Shown here piece after piece: positions 16,192-29,831 of a DNA stretch of 64,000 nt (position 1 is the first letter of the stretch; each line of letters opens with the position of its first letter). The notes under the pieces were generated by a model that was not told where the DNA came from, searched no databases, and saw only the letters and a list, made by a program, of their open reading frames with translations. This DNA is from Eledone cirrhosa (taxonomy: Eukaryota), in the NCBI GenBank assembly GCA_964016885.1, contig OZ024743.1:265050001-265114000 (forward strand), given 5' to 3'. Both the position numbers and the translations under genes were made by a program.

Positions 16192-16606
16192 ATTAAATAA
16201 ATGGAAAACTACATTTATAAAACCATATTTATTTCATTATATATATTTCGGGGATATCATATTAACAATATGCTATGCCTTCATCAGACAAAATACAATA
16301 TACACAGTTTTATAGATAAATATATTCGACATACCGTAATAAACATCAACTTCATTTGAAGAGGTTTATTACGGTATGTCGAATATATTTATCTATAAAA
16401 CTGTTTATATTGTATTTTGTCTGATGAAGGCATTGCATATTGTTAATATGATATCCCCGAAATATATATAATGAAATAAATATGGTTTTATAAATGTAGT
16501 TTTCCATTTATTTAATATTGTAAATATACTCCAAGTATTTGTCGAGTGCTTTTATATCAGTTATAAATATTTACTAGTTGTAACCCAACAATTTTAAATA
16601 TAACTT

Positions 16607-16610
<4 letters not shown>
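16187..16610. mobile_element. pLTR family C fold-back with type I hammerheads on both arms
   Basis: Arms are ~16187-16345 and ~16365-16523. Plus-strand HHR at 16413-16478 reads UAUUUUGU-CUGAUGA...GAAA-UAUAUA-UA-AUGAAAUA; its mirror is at 16230-16295. Confidence 0.85.
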
Positions 16611-16669
<59 letters not shown>

Positions 16670-16671
16670 AT

Positions 16672-17667
16672 ACGATCTATACGTGGATATTTTACGTCTT
16701 GATGTGGGAGCTAAGTATATGTTTTGTTTATACCATTACTTATTTGCATAGGTAAGTATATATTACCCGAAGGTTTTGTGAAGGTACGTATACCTTCTCG
16801 TACGTATATTTGATTGTTTATGTTATGGCGTATAATTTTATATATTCTGGTACATATGGTTTGGCTTTGTGTATACGGGAGTTTTGCGTCTGTGTGAGTA
16901 TGCTGGTTCGTACGAATGTAGGGTGTGTGTATATGTGTACTTCATGTTTTGGTTGACTTACGTCTCCGAACATTCGCGTATTTACATGTAGGTATGTGTG
17001 TGCGCTTGTTATATAAGTATTTATTTATTTATATACGTTATTATAATTATTTGTATACACGCATACACACACACACATATTTATATGTGCGTGGTTTTGT
17101 ATACCTATGGTAAGTGTTTTGCGTATGCTTGTGTATGTACGTATTTGTTTGCGTGTATGTATTTATTTATTTCTATTACTTCCGTATTGTATTTATTTAC
17201 TTTGTTCTTAACTCTGTAGCAGAGATTTATTCGGTCTCCTAGTAAGAATTTTAGTCTACGACTTCTGCTATACCATTTACGTGGTTATGTCTTTGCGTGC
17301 TATTGTTCTCCACGCAGCACATATGACGTATTATCTTCGTTTTTTTTTCGTTCATTGCCAGAGAACGTCTCTATGAACCACCTAAGAGAACATTAGTCTA
17401 CGACCTCTTTTATACCATAAACGTGGTTCTGTCTTTGCGCGTATTTGTTTTTCACAGCTCCTATTAATGACGTATTATATTCGTTTTTTCCCGTTCTTTG
17501 CCAGCGAACGTTACCACGAACCAAAGTATCGTCTTCCTGTCTTCCTCCGGTTCCAACGGTTTTTAAATATCCACTTCTGCGTTTACAGATTGACTTTGTT
17601 AGTTTCAGAAGATCCCGTTAAGGGTGAAAGCAGCGATTCTTTGCTTAAACTTTAATCTGTTATTTTA

Positions 17668-17674
<7 letters not shown>
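16672..17674 (+). mobile_element. PLE family A 3' tail/pLTR
   Basis: Homologous to 42305-43305; bounded by (TA)n on both sides. Confidence 0.88.
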
Positions 17675-17701
<27 letters not shown>

Positions 17702-17706
<5 letters not shown>

Positions 17707-18080
17707 TGGAAAAGAATGAAACGAAATTTCATTTCTCACTCTTAGTACGGCTGATACCTTCATATATGTATACGTACATACATATATGTGTACAGATGTA
17801 CAGTAGTATGTATATATATATACATACATGCACACATATATATATGTGCGTATGGGTACGGAAAGTATATACTTTCAAACGTTCAATCATCTGACAGAAA
17901 GGTATACGATGCTGACGATAGCTAATAAGCTTGAAACTATTACATCGTTTCTGTGTCAGTGTTGAACAAAAAGGGTGACGATGGTTGCCTATCTCTGTAC
18001 GGCGTAATTCAGGCTCTTTGTTTACAAACAAACCGAACTTTATAATAAATGTTCGGTAAACCCATACGTACATACATATA
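17702..18080 (+). mobile_element. pLTR/retrozyme-like family B with an inverted 5' segment and a type I hammerhead
   Basis: HHR at 17906-17948: ACGAUG-CUGACGA-U-AGCU-AAUA-AGCU-U-GAAA-CUAU-UA-CAUCGU, extended by CUGACA/UGUCAG. 17705-17855 is the reverse complement of the family 3' end seen at 37870-38005. Confidence 0.8.
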
Positions 18081-18163
18081 CATACTTATATTTATATATA
18101 TATACATATATTTTAACTGCATCCATATTGATTTATATATACCCACACACATACTCATTTACA

Positions 18164-18294
<131 letters not shown>

Positions 18295-19079
18295 GTATAT
18301 ATACTTATATATACATACATACATATATATATATATATCTTCATATTTTTCTATCATATAACTATAAAACAACTAATAAATATGTGATTTAAATATGTTA
18401 TGTGCCTATGTGTGAAATATAAAGATGGCGGGAAAGAGCGATAGAGAGAAATAGAGAGATTTGTTAAGAAATGATATAAAAGAAAAAATATGGAATTTCA
18501 AAGATGGAATAGGAAATGAATTTATTATTTGACATAGTCAACAAAGAAAAAAGATAAGTTTCTGTGATTGTTATCACATGTCACCATAAATAATTTTAAT
18601 TAGATTTCATTCAAATAGCTTTCACACAATTACGATTCTATTTCGTTGAATTTTTTCTTTCCGTTTATTTTCATTCTTTGTCTTTTCTCATTCATTCATC
18701 TTCCAATTGTTTCGTTTTGATACTAAAGGTTCCAATATTATTAGGAAGGAGGTTTCACCAACTTTGCATGGTAATATTAAACTTCGTATTCAGTGTCTTA
18801 CTCTTCAAAATGAGAAATGGGAGACGTAAAAAAGACTCCGTAATCTATTAAACAAGAGATAAGATTTTAATAAGATCCTTCCTGTCACACTGCCCAATTG
18901 ATATCCGAATAAATATCTCGGTTATCTAAATGATATTTCATTGAGAAATATAATTCATTGAGAAATATAATTTGATTCGTCTTTTTCCGTCTTCTCTCTC
19001 TCTCTCTATCTATCCTTTTCTCACACTTACACACACTTTGTTTGTGTGGGAAAGTGAGAAATAAATAAATGTGAGGATA

Positions 19080-19147
<68 letters not shown>

Positions 19148-19159
19148 ATAATAATACAT

Positions 19160-20510
19160 TTTAGAAGATCCCGTTAAGGGTGAAAGCACCGATTCTTTGC
19201 TTAAACTTTAATCTGTTATTTTAATAAATATATATATATATATATACTAATCATAATAAAATTGAAGAATAAAATCCAAAGAGGGCTCGATAAGGAAAAT
19301 ATATATAAAATATATAAGAACCGTAGAGCAAATATTTATTAAAATAACAGATTAAAGTTTAAGCAAAGAATCGCTGCTTTCACCCTTAACGGGATCTTCT
19401 GAAACTAACAAAGTCAATCTGTAAACGCAGAACTGGATATTTCAAAAAACGTTGCAACCGGAGGAAGACAGGAAGACGATACTTTGGTTCGTGGTAACGT
19501 TCGCTGGCAAAGAACGGGAAAAAACGAATAATACGTCATTAATAGGAGCGGTGAAAAACAATTACGCGCAAAGACAAAACCACGTTTATGGTATAAAAGA
19601 GGTCGTAGACTAATGTTCTCTTGGGTGGTGCATAGAGACGTTCTCTGGCAATGAACGAAAAAACGAAGATAATAAGTCATATGTGGAGCGTGGAGAACAA
19701 AAGCACGCAAAGACAAAACCACGTAAATGGTATAGCAGAAATCGTAGACTAAAATTCTAACTAGGAGACCAAATGAATCTCCGCTTTACGTCTCCGAACA
19801 TTCGTGTATTTATATGTAGGTATACGTGTGCGCTTGTTATATACGTATTTATTTACTTATATACGTTTATATAATTATTTATCTATTTGTACAGAAGCAT
19901 ACACACACACACATATTTATATGTGCTTCGTTTTGTATACCCATGGTAAGGTTTTGCGTATGCTTGTGTATGTACGTATCTGTTTGCGTGTATGTATTTA
20001 TTTTATTTGTTTCTATTACCCCTGTATTGTATTTATTTACTTTGTTCTTAACTCTGTAGCGGAGATTCATTTGGTCTCCTAGTTAGAATTTTAGTCTACG
20101 ATTTCTGCTATACCATTTACGTGGTTTTGTCTTTGCGTGCTATTGTTCTCCACGCTCCACATATGACATATTATCTTCGTTTTTTCGTTCATTGCCAGAG
20201 AACGTCTCTATGCACCACCTAAGAGAACATTAGTCTACGACCTCTTTTATACCATAAACGTGGTTTTGTCTTTGCGCGTAATTGTTTATCACCGCTCCTA
20301 TTAATGACGTATTATTCGTTTTTTCCCGTTCTTTGCCAGCGAACGTTACCACGAACCAAAGTATCGTCTTCCTGTCTTCCTCCGGTTGCAACGTTTTTTG
20401 AAATATCCAGTTCTGCGTTTACAGATTGACTTTGTTAGTTTCAGAAGATCCCGTTAAGGGTGAAAGCAGCGATTCTTTGCTTAAACTTTAATCTGTTATT
20501 TTAATAAATA
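19160..20510. mobile_element. PLE family A cluster: a short fragment plus a fold-back copy
   Basis: 19160-19230 is a plus-strand end fragment, 19250-19783 is minus and 19784-20510 is plus. 19330-19783 is a near-exact reverse complement of 20057-20510. Confidence 0.9.
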
Positions 20511-20528
20511 TATATATATATATATATA

Positions 20529-21040
20529 TTATAAAATAGCAAGAGGCTGGACTGGTGTAATTCCTTAAAGTTTTATTATACTATGAACATTTCAATGACC
20601 GGGTTCAGTATGAATCCGGTGACATCATCAGGTATTCGAAATTTAACAAAGGAGTATAATAGACAAAATCCATGGGGTTGAAAAAACAGAGACAAGAAGG
20701 CGACCAAACATTTACCATGTTCCAGTCCGGTCGGCCGTTGGCCACTTCTTGTCTCTTTGCCTTTTCAGCCCCATGGACTTTGTCTATTATATTCCTTTGT
20801 TAAATTTCGAATACCTGATGATGTCACCGGGTTCATACTGAATCCGGTCATTGAAATGTTCATAGTATAATAAAGCTTTAAGGAATTACACCAGTCCAGC
20901 CTCCTGTTATTTTATAATAATTAACTCCGTACTCGCACCACGAACAACTTAAACGTTGAGTGATCTCTCTAATATCACATCAAGGTTGGATATACGGAAT
21001 AACCAGTTCTATCCAGTGGTGAACCAAAAAACTTAAATGA
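20529..21040. mobile_element. Fold-back pLTR-like element with type I hammerheads
   Basis: Arms are ~20529-20705 and ~20738-20917. HHR at 20811-20868: AUAC-CUGAUGA-(ACCGGGUUCA/UGAAUCCGGU)-GAAA-UGUUCA-UA-GUAU. Mirror at ~20578-20635. Confidence 0.85.
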
Positions 21041-21055
21041 ATATATATACATATA

Positions 21056-21408
21056 ATTGGATATATGAGAGGGATGAAAACAGATATAAGTATACATGTG
21101 TTCCAATTGCAAATGACTAAGTTAGCTCGGTTGAAAATATACTAATTTAAAACAATATGGTTTGCCTGATCGAGCACAGGAATTCTGGCTTTCACTTAAT
21201 AATTCCTGCCAAACAGATTTACGTCTGTCCGGGTATCAAAGGGTATTGCCCGAAATAGGTTTGTTATTTTTATTGATTTATTACGTTAAATCGAGTCAGG
21301 CAAAGCATATTGTTTCAAATTAGTATTTTTCAACCTAGCTAACTTGGTCATTTGCAATTGGAACACATGTATACTTATATCGGTGTTCATCCCTCTCATT
21401 TATCCAAT
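21056..21408. repeat. Diverged inverted repeat with ~118-bp arms and a similar-sized spacer
   Basis: 21056-21173 is the reverse complement of 21291-21408 with several mismatches; lies between TA tracts. Confidence 0.85.
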
Positions 21409-21481
21409 GTATTACTCGGCTCGGAAATATTCCCTTCTTTGAGCTAATTGTAAAAGGCTATTTTGAGTTTCAAACTTAATA

Positions 21482-21569
<88 letters not shown>

Positions 21570-23189
21570 CTAAAAGGAAAAGAAAATGCTGACAAATTGT
21601 TCCCAGTGAAATACAGTTTAATTAGGAATAAGTAAAAATTAGTAATAAGTATTGGTTAGTATTCATTTTTAATTTTAAGTTTTTACCGGTTGAGCATTTC
21701 TAATGTTTTTCAAAAATAATTTCGAGATAGAGAGCCCGTGATGTTTGCTCTAATCTGATTAGTTTTGGAAAATCTACCTGTTTTATGTGAAAAAAGTTTC
21801 GGTTGATTTACTTTAGGGTGTCTAAGGTCCTGGGTACTGAGTTTTAGGGCACGTTGGATTCCATTGTCAATTAGTGATGCAGGGTAGTCCCTGCCTATGA
21901 GTGTGTCCTTTAGTTCTTGTAGCCGTAAGTAACAGGTGTTTTTATTGGAGACTATAGTACAGATTCTATCGGCTAAGTTGTAGGGAATATTAATTTTAAC
22001 GCGTCTATGGTGGCAAGATTTGAAAGGAAGATATTGCTTGGAGTCTGTGGGCTTGTAGTATATGTTTGTTTCTATTTTTTTGTTATAAATCTTAATGAGG
22101 ATGTCGAGGATGGGGAGTTGTTGATGGCTGTATTCCATCGTAAAGTTAATATTCGTATTGAGCCCATTTATAAGGGTATGATATTCTTTAAGTTTTTCGA
22201 TGTTTTCGTGCCAAAGGATGAAGCAGTCATCTAGATATCGCTTCCAGTTCTTTTCTATGTGTAAGTGGAGAGTGTTTCCAAATGTGCTTAGTACTTTAGT
22301 GTAGAGGGTGATTTCCAGGTATCCCATGACTAGGTTGGCATAAGTGGGGGCTGTTTTCGTTCCCATAGCGGTCCCAGATTTCTGCCTGTAGGATTTTTTA
22401 TTGAAAACGAAGTAATTGTTCTCCAAGATAAATTTAGGTCCCTCTATCAGGAATTCTTTTTTGATGCGTTGTGGGAGTTCATTGTGGTAATTATCCAGCC
22501 AGAATTGGATAGCTTCTATTCCTAGGTTGTGGGGGATGTTGGAGCATCGGTTGACTACATCGAACGTCACTAGTAGGGTTTGTTCAGAAATGGGCATATT
22601 AGGGAAGTGATTGAGCATATCTAGGTCGTCCCTTATATAGCTTTTGATGTGTTTGAGAAAAGGCTTGAGAAGGGTATCAATGAAGTTGCTAAGGCGGTGG
22701 GTTTCGCAAGCGGGGCCTGCTATTATAGGTCTTAATTTGAGATCATTGGGTGAGGGGACATTGATGACTATGTCTGTGGCTTCCTTGCATGCCTTACTTA
22801 TTAATTCGCTTTTATGTACTTTAGGGATACCGTAGAAAAGGCTGGATTTACTTGTGAAGTCTGTGATGAAGCTGAATTTCTTGTTAGTGAGTCCTTCTTT
22901 GTATTGGTTGATCAGTGTTTTTAGGTTTCTCATAATTTTCTGTTGATTGTAGTATTCAGCCTTTTCGTAGTATGTTTCGTTTTCCAAAGTGGAGAGCTCT
23001 AAGTTGATATAGAACTTCTGTCTCATTAGGACTACTGTACTCCCTTTACCAGCCTCTTTAATTGTAATGGTTCTGTCGGTTTTTAATCTATTTAATTCTT
23101 CCCATTCTTTCTTGTTGAGGTTTGGCTTTTGTTTTTGTCTGTGCAAGTGTTGGTAAAGGAAGTTTGTGATGTGTTCACAGAATTCACAG

Positions 23190-23195
<6 letters not shown>
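21570..23195 (-). mobile_element. Penelope-like element RT fragment (open frame ~21710-23190), 5'-truncated, no endonuclease
   Basis: Motifs FYGIPKVHK, LRPII, TFDV, QKSGTAMG...APTYANL, KRYLDDCF and YYKPT are typical of PLE RT. The first ~70 aa of the listed ORF are microsatellite. Flanked by (TA)n. Confidence 0.93.
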
Positions 23196-23276
<81 letters not shown>

Positions 23277-24087
23277 TTATATATACATATATATATATGT
23301 ATGTATATGTGTGTGTGTGTTTGTATGTGTATGTGTGTGCGTGCGTGTGCGTGTGCATTGTCTGTGTGTATTTGCCTGTGTGTGTTTATAAACAGAAACA
23401 CTTTCAATATTTAAGGCCAAGAGAGAGATCCATAGTTGGTGAAGGATTAGAGACTATATATTCGTTTGTAAACACCTTTTTATGGCAAGTTATTTCTCTT
23501 CTTCGTTGTAACCAGCTGGTGGTATGACAGACCCTTTCAATTTATGCATTTTGTAATTCAATCTCATTTCCTCACACATTACTCGCAGGAATTCGTGGGT
23601 CACCATATTTTATATCCTCACAATTGCCGGACGAAACGTCAGGTCCATGGCTTATGAAGATTCTTTATTTAATGAACAGTTTTGTTATATAAAAACACAT
23701 TTATGTTAATTCTTCGTCAGATCATATAGATGTTCGAAACTGAACGAACCTGGTCTATAAGTTTATGTGCCATGACTCGAACACGATCCATCCATAATAT
23801 AACAAGTACTAGAAATTTACGGGAATATAAAATGAGACATGATAGAGTGGGACAATACTTACACTGAGTAATGAAGTAACAGGAGGCGAGAACGTAACAA
23901 TTCTCTGCCATTTCTCTGTAAATACAGACAAAACAATCAAGGCCAACTAACCTGATTTAATTGTGAAAGAGAAACTTGTGAATGAGAAAACATGTATTTT
24001 AATTCACATGAGTTTAATTAAACATCTGATTACATCAGATCTTTTTGATACATGATATATAATGCAGCTGGAACTAATGCGTATCAT

Positions 24088-24195
24088 TCTTCTTCTTCTT
24101 CTTCTTCTTCTTCTTCTTCTTCTTCTTCTTCTTCTTCTTCTTCTTCTTCTTCTTCTTCTTCTTCTTCTTCTTCTTCTTCTTCTTCTTCTTCTTCT
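24088..24195. repeat. (TTC)n microsatellite
   Basis: Seen directly. Confidence 0.98.
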
Positions 24196-24529
24196 ATCAA
24201 TATTATTTTGTTGGACTCTCAGTTATTGATATCATTACAATTTCAGGTTTACTTTTAATGTGTGTGTATTTATTTATTTATTTCATGTCAACACAACTGC
24301 GAATTTTCGGCAGACACTATGTTCGCTAAGCAGAGTAAGTTATTCAAATACAAACAAAAAAATTAAAATAGGTTTTGCACACACTTACATTGAAAACAGA
24401 AATGACTTCAACACTTCGGATATATATAAACACTTCGGATATATATATAAAGAAATACCATGCAGAGGAATGGATGGGGTGAATGTGACTATATACATCT
24501 GTTTCAAATTAGAAAACTCTAAAATTTAA

Positions 24530-25744
24530 AGTCTGTCCGATACCTGGAGTTTCATTAAGCCAGTGTTTACCACAGTTTCCTTGGCGTTGAGCTTCAGAGT
24601 GTACAAAATCCTCCCAATCTCCGCTATGTGGAGGACTGGGCGTGCCGTGGCTGATGATGCGCAAATATGCACTTAGGTTATATCATTTCGAGGTTTACCT
24701 CGACGGGGAACAGGTGTCGTGGCCGTTTGGTAAGTATATATTTCCACAGCTCGTCTCCTTGACAGATCTATAGTCATGGGTCAAGCGAAGACCGTGAGGG
24801 AGAATTTGGAAATTGAAATGTCTTCAAGTGCCCACAGCCCTCAGCCATTGGGGAGTAGGTTCGGTAGAATCTCCACTTTGTTCTTCTACAGAAGTTTAGT
24901 GGCAGGTAAAAACGATGAAGTTCTCGGGGAGATTCTATGCGTCGTTTAAAATCAAATAATTATTCTTTTTCCGAATACTTTCTATCAAGGGTACATAGAT
25001 AACTTCCAGTATTCCCTGGCCCAGCAGTGCTATGAGGGAGCATTGCCAGTTCGAGCTAAACTCTAGATATACATACATGTCATCAGCTGGGCCTGTCTGA
25101 GATGTGCGCAGGGTCTCGAAACCGGCCTGCAAGCACACGTCGAGTATCCGAGTATTGCTGATTAGAGATTCAAGATGAACACCTGCTGCCACACGTATAA
25201 TGAATGAGGCTATCATTGTGAAAATTGCCCCACCGTCTTCATTTAGAATGGCAGCGCGGGGCAGCTTTATCTGCCTTGTGGCCATGGCGAAAAGGTCGTG
25301 TGAAGGACACATTTGAAAGCGTTGAAACATGGACCTTCCACTATGGCTAAGCCCTGATTGACTTTATCATGTTTCACCGGAAGAGGAAAATCAAAGTAGA
25401 GAGAGAAGTGCCTTCCATCTAACTTATTGAAAGGTGGGAGAGAGTGACAAGCATGAATGTATGGCTCTGCTCTGTGTGTGCGACTGTAGAAAGAGGAGAA
25501 CTTGAGGGATGGACATGTCTTAGCAGTTAGAATGACCGTGGCCTTTTGTCAGCTTTCTCAAAGTGTGTCCCCCAGATGCCTCCCATTCTATTGGGGAATT
25601 TATTTTGTTTGAATGTTTATACATACTCTTTTTGTTATCTTGATATTGTTAAAGTATTTTTACCTCCCCAAACCCACTCTTTACCCTCCTGTGCCGTTGT
25701 GACCATAATGTTTTATTAATGCGTATCATGTGTGGCTAATAAAG
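24530..25744 (+). mobile_element. Degenerate L1/Tx1-like LINE 3' fragment
   Basis: GC-richer block with VRYL near 24531 and RCAQGLETGLQAHVEYP near 25100 (eroded C-terminal CCHC motif). Ends with AATAAAG. Confidence 0.5.
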
Positions 25745-26068
25745 TCACCATGCTTTGCAGCATTAAGTTACGCCGCTTTACGTTCCGAGTTCAAATCCCA
25801 CCGTGTTTTGCTTAGGCTTTCATCCTTACGGGATTGATAAAATACAGTACCAATAACACAGTGGGGTCAATTTAATCGACTTTCTCCTCCCCTTCGAATT
25901 GTTGGCCTTGTGCCCAAAATAGAAACAGTTATTATTATTATTATTATTATTATCAAATCCTTCCGGGGTTAACTGCCTTTTATCCTTACGAGGTCGATTA
26001 AATAAAGCACCAGTAATGCACTCTGGTTTTGTGCAAAATGTAGAAACAACTATTATTATCATCATCAT
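25745..26068 (+). mobile_element. Two partial SINE family 1 copies in tandem
   Basis: B box GAGTTCAAATCC at ~25787; body and ATT tail occur twice. Confidence 0.75.
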
Positions 26069-26952
26069 CGTTGTGTGCCGCTGGGTAGAATATTTAGAGT
26101 ACTGGATAAAAATCTGCAATATATAATTTTAAGTTCATATACTCTCGGTATCCAATTAATCCAGGAATAAACCCAAATATCCCGAATATCTGGACTCGAG
26201 ACTATGTTAAGCTTAGTATTGTTATATCTGTTACCATAAATATCTCAACTTTTCATCGTTATTTTATAATACATAGATTTTAACTTACATAAAGTAAACA
26301 ATGTTTTCAACTATTTGAATAGTGGAAGCGTTTACGCCACGATGTCCTTAGCCGAGATATCTAAAAGAAATTTTAAAAAATAAAGAAATGTATGTGAAAC
26401 CTAAGCAGTTACACCACATAGATATATATTAAAAGATAAACAAAACAAATATCGAACCAATTCAATGTTATCTCTGCTTAACATGTTAGACTCTCGTGAG
26501 AGATAACATTTCGCCATTTAATTACTATATATTATTCAGTCACAAATCATTGGAAACGAGCCCTATGAAAAGATATGTAATCTTCTTAACGTGTTTATCA
26601 TAAAAGTGGGAATAAGATATTTATCACTAGGGATTTTTTTATTTGTTTCAAGATATCCACAGAGATTCCAAACAAGATTTTACAGATTGAAGATAAAAGT
26701 GCTTGCAAAGGGAATACGCTGAAAAACAGAAGATGTTTCTTTAAAAAGAAAGCTTCTAATTAACAAATTTATATTGTAATATAAATCTACATGCATGACC
26801 ATACACACAAATGCATACACATTAAGACACACATAAACGCAGATACCTACACACATACACACATGCACACACATACACACACATACTCATGCACACAGAC
26901 ACACACAGGCACACATACACACACAGACACATGCACACAGAAACACAAATAC

Positions 26953-27030
<78 letters not shown>

Positions 27031-27154
27031 GTAGGAGGTGAGTTTTATTGTAGTACAATAAAGCAATGCAGATATCGGATAAGAAGCACTCTACAATTTG
27101 TAGGACGGGAGTATACATAATATAAGATCAAAAGATGGTTAAAGGAGTTCCATG

Positions 27155-27225
27155 TATTTTATTATGCGCATTTCAAAAACAAACATCATCATGCAATAAT
27201 ATTTGTGTTTTCATCAGATAAAACA
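27155..27225 (-). ncRNA. Type I hammerhead ribozyme (mirror of 30862-30932)
   Basis: Reverse complement of the plus-strand copy. Confidence 0.85.
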
Positions 27226-28251
27226 GGAGAACATGATATGAAGGCTAAAAAACACTTGTGGATAGTGCAGTTTTAAATCAACATATGAAAAGTGGTTTTA
27301 GATTGATGTGTGATATTGGGAAAAATATTTTATTTAGAGAGAGGGTGGGGTGGAAAGGATGAAAAAGGGGAGGAGATGAGAGGGAGAGATGGGTGATAGA
27401 GAGAAAGAGATAGTTTTTATAACTGTGAGGAGATATATTGTTTTACATAGAGAGGTTGAAAACCGTTGGAAGATAATGTATAAATTAAAAAAAATTGAAA
27501 ATTAACGAAAGGAGGATATGTGCGAGGAAAAAGTATTTTATTTAGGGAGGGGGGTGGAAAGGATGAAAAAAAGGGGGAGGAGATGAGAGTGAAGGTGGAG
27601 AGAGAGAGATGGGTGATAGAGAGAAAGAGATATTTTTTATAACAGAGAGAAAGATATATTGTTTACATAGAGAGGTTGAGAACCGTTGGAAGATAATGTA
27701 TAAATTAAAGGAATTTGAAAATTAACGAAGGGAATTTATGTATGAAGATAGAGAGAAGAAATAATAATTGTGGATGAATATTCTAACGTCAAAAAAAGGG
27801 TATGTTGATAAGTATTGTGGCAGTTTCAAAATTAACGAAGAGAAAAATTATTAAGGTTTGTGTGTAGAAGGATTTGAGAAAAATAATGTGAAGTTAAAGT
27901 TTGTATATTGGAGGAATTGATAATATATGCGAATAAAGAGTTAATATGTATTAAGAATGAGTTCGTTGATGGGGAGAAAAAAATAATAAATTAAGGATGA
28001 AATTGAGATTAAAAAGATTTATGATAGAGAGAAAAAAATAATGATTGCGGATGAATATTCTAACGTCAAAAAAAAGATGTATATGTTATGAAGGATTTTA
28101 CAAGGTGAAGATAGAATGAGGGTAATGAGTAAACAAGTATTATAGAGTGTATAATGCCCTTTAAAGTATGGTAGGAAGATGGGTATATTTTAAAGAGGTG
28201 TATGTGTATGTGCCTCTGAGAAAAGATTCTAAATTGATAAAGAATTGAATA

Positions 28252-29055
28252 TTAACTGTATACTTTGTGAAAAGTTCTATGGAATTTATGCAGGCAGATA
28301 GAAAACAAATCTGTACGTCTATTTATTATAGAATCTAGGTTAGAGATAAAGGTACATTTTTCATTTAGGCAGAGATTACAGATTTTAGATAGAGAGCTGT
28401 TCAAGTATGAGGATGCAGAAGAAACCTTCTTCCAAAAGATGGTATATTTAATGTTTTTGTCTTTTAAGGACCATATGAGTTCTGAGAGAGCAGTGTTGGT
28501 TCTTTTAAGTTTGTATTTGAAAGATGAATGATGATTATAGAGACGAGCTTTAAAAGAGGTGGAAGTGGAGCCAAAATAGGTGAAGGAATTGGTGCTAGTT
28601 ATAATTTTACATTCATAAATTAAGTTTTTATCGAGACAATGGTTGTTGAGAGGACATTTATTTTTAATGCGGCAGTTGCAATTAGAGAGATTATTAATGA
28701 GTGACCTAGTGTTATCTATAGAAGGAATTGGATTGGAGAAGTTGTTTGCGATAGGAATAATAGGAATAATAGTTTCTTGATTTAGAGTTGGATTATGAAC
28801 ATTTAGCGAAGTTGTGTTTGACGTTGTATTAGGGTTTACAGAAGTTAGCCTAGGGTTTACAATGACGTCGGGAGTACTATTACTGTTATTATGAAATTCA
28901 ATGTTGGAAGGAAGAGATTTAGTATTTAGTATTTTATTGTTGTGTTTAGAGATGATGTTGGAAATATTGGAGGATGTGGAATAAGAAAATTTGATGGTGT
29001 GTTTGTTAAATATTTTACTATAGATATGTGAGGGAGGGAAGCATTTATTTATCAC
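28252..29055 (-). pseudogene. PLE linker + GIY-YIG endonuclease, 5'-truncated
   Basis: CNCR...CPL...CL, LIYEC...YFGST...FKARLYNH, LSELIWSLKD and CNLCLNEK. Confidence 0.88.
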
Positions 29056-29831
29056 ATATCTATAGTAAAATATTTAACAAACACACCATCAAATTTTCTT
29101 ATTCCACATCCTCCAATATTTCCAACATCATATCTAAACACAACAATAAAATACTAAATACTAAATCTCTTCCTTCCAACATTGAATTTCATAATAACAG
29201 TAATAGTACTCCCGACGTCATTGTAAACCCTAGGCTAACTTCTGTAAACCCAAATACAACGTCAAACACAACTTCGCTAAATGTTCATAATCCAACTCTA
29301 AATCAAGAAACTATTGTTCCTATTATTCCTATCGCAAACAACTTCTCCAATCCAATTCCTTCTATAGATAACACTAGGTCACTCATTAATAATCTCTCTA
29401 ATTGCAACTGCCGCATTAAAAATAAATGTCCTCTCAACAACCATTGTCTCGATAAAAACTTAATTTATGAATGTAAAATTATAACTAGCACCAATTCCTT
29501 CACCTATTTTGGCTCCACTTCCACCTCTTTTAAAGCTCGTCTCTATAATCATCATTCATCTTTCAAATACAAACTTAAAAGAACCAACACTGCTCTCTCA
29601 GAACTCATATGGTCCTTAAAAGACAAAAACATTAAATATACCATCTTTTGGAAGAAGGTTTCTTCTGCATCCTCATACTTGAACAGCTCTCTATCTAAAA
29701 TCTGTAATCTCTGCCTAAATGAAAAATTTACCATTATCTCTAACCTAGATTCTATAATAAATAGACGTACAGATTTGTTTTCTATCTGCCTGCATAAATT
29801 CCATAGAACTTTTCACAAAGTATACAGTTAA
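29052..29831 (+). pseudogene. PLE linker + GIY-YIG endonuclease, inverted duplicate
   Basis: Near-identical protein to 28252..29055, with a few substitutions (IIP/IVP, CTF/FTI). Confidence 0.88.

Noticed and set aside
23520-23800. CUGACGA on the minus strand near 23715 as another hammerhead
   Set aside because: I could not assemble consistent stems I-III in either canonical or permuted order.
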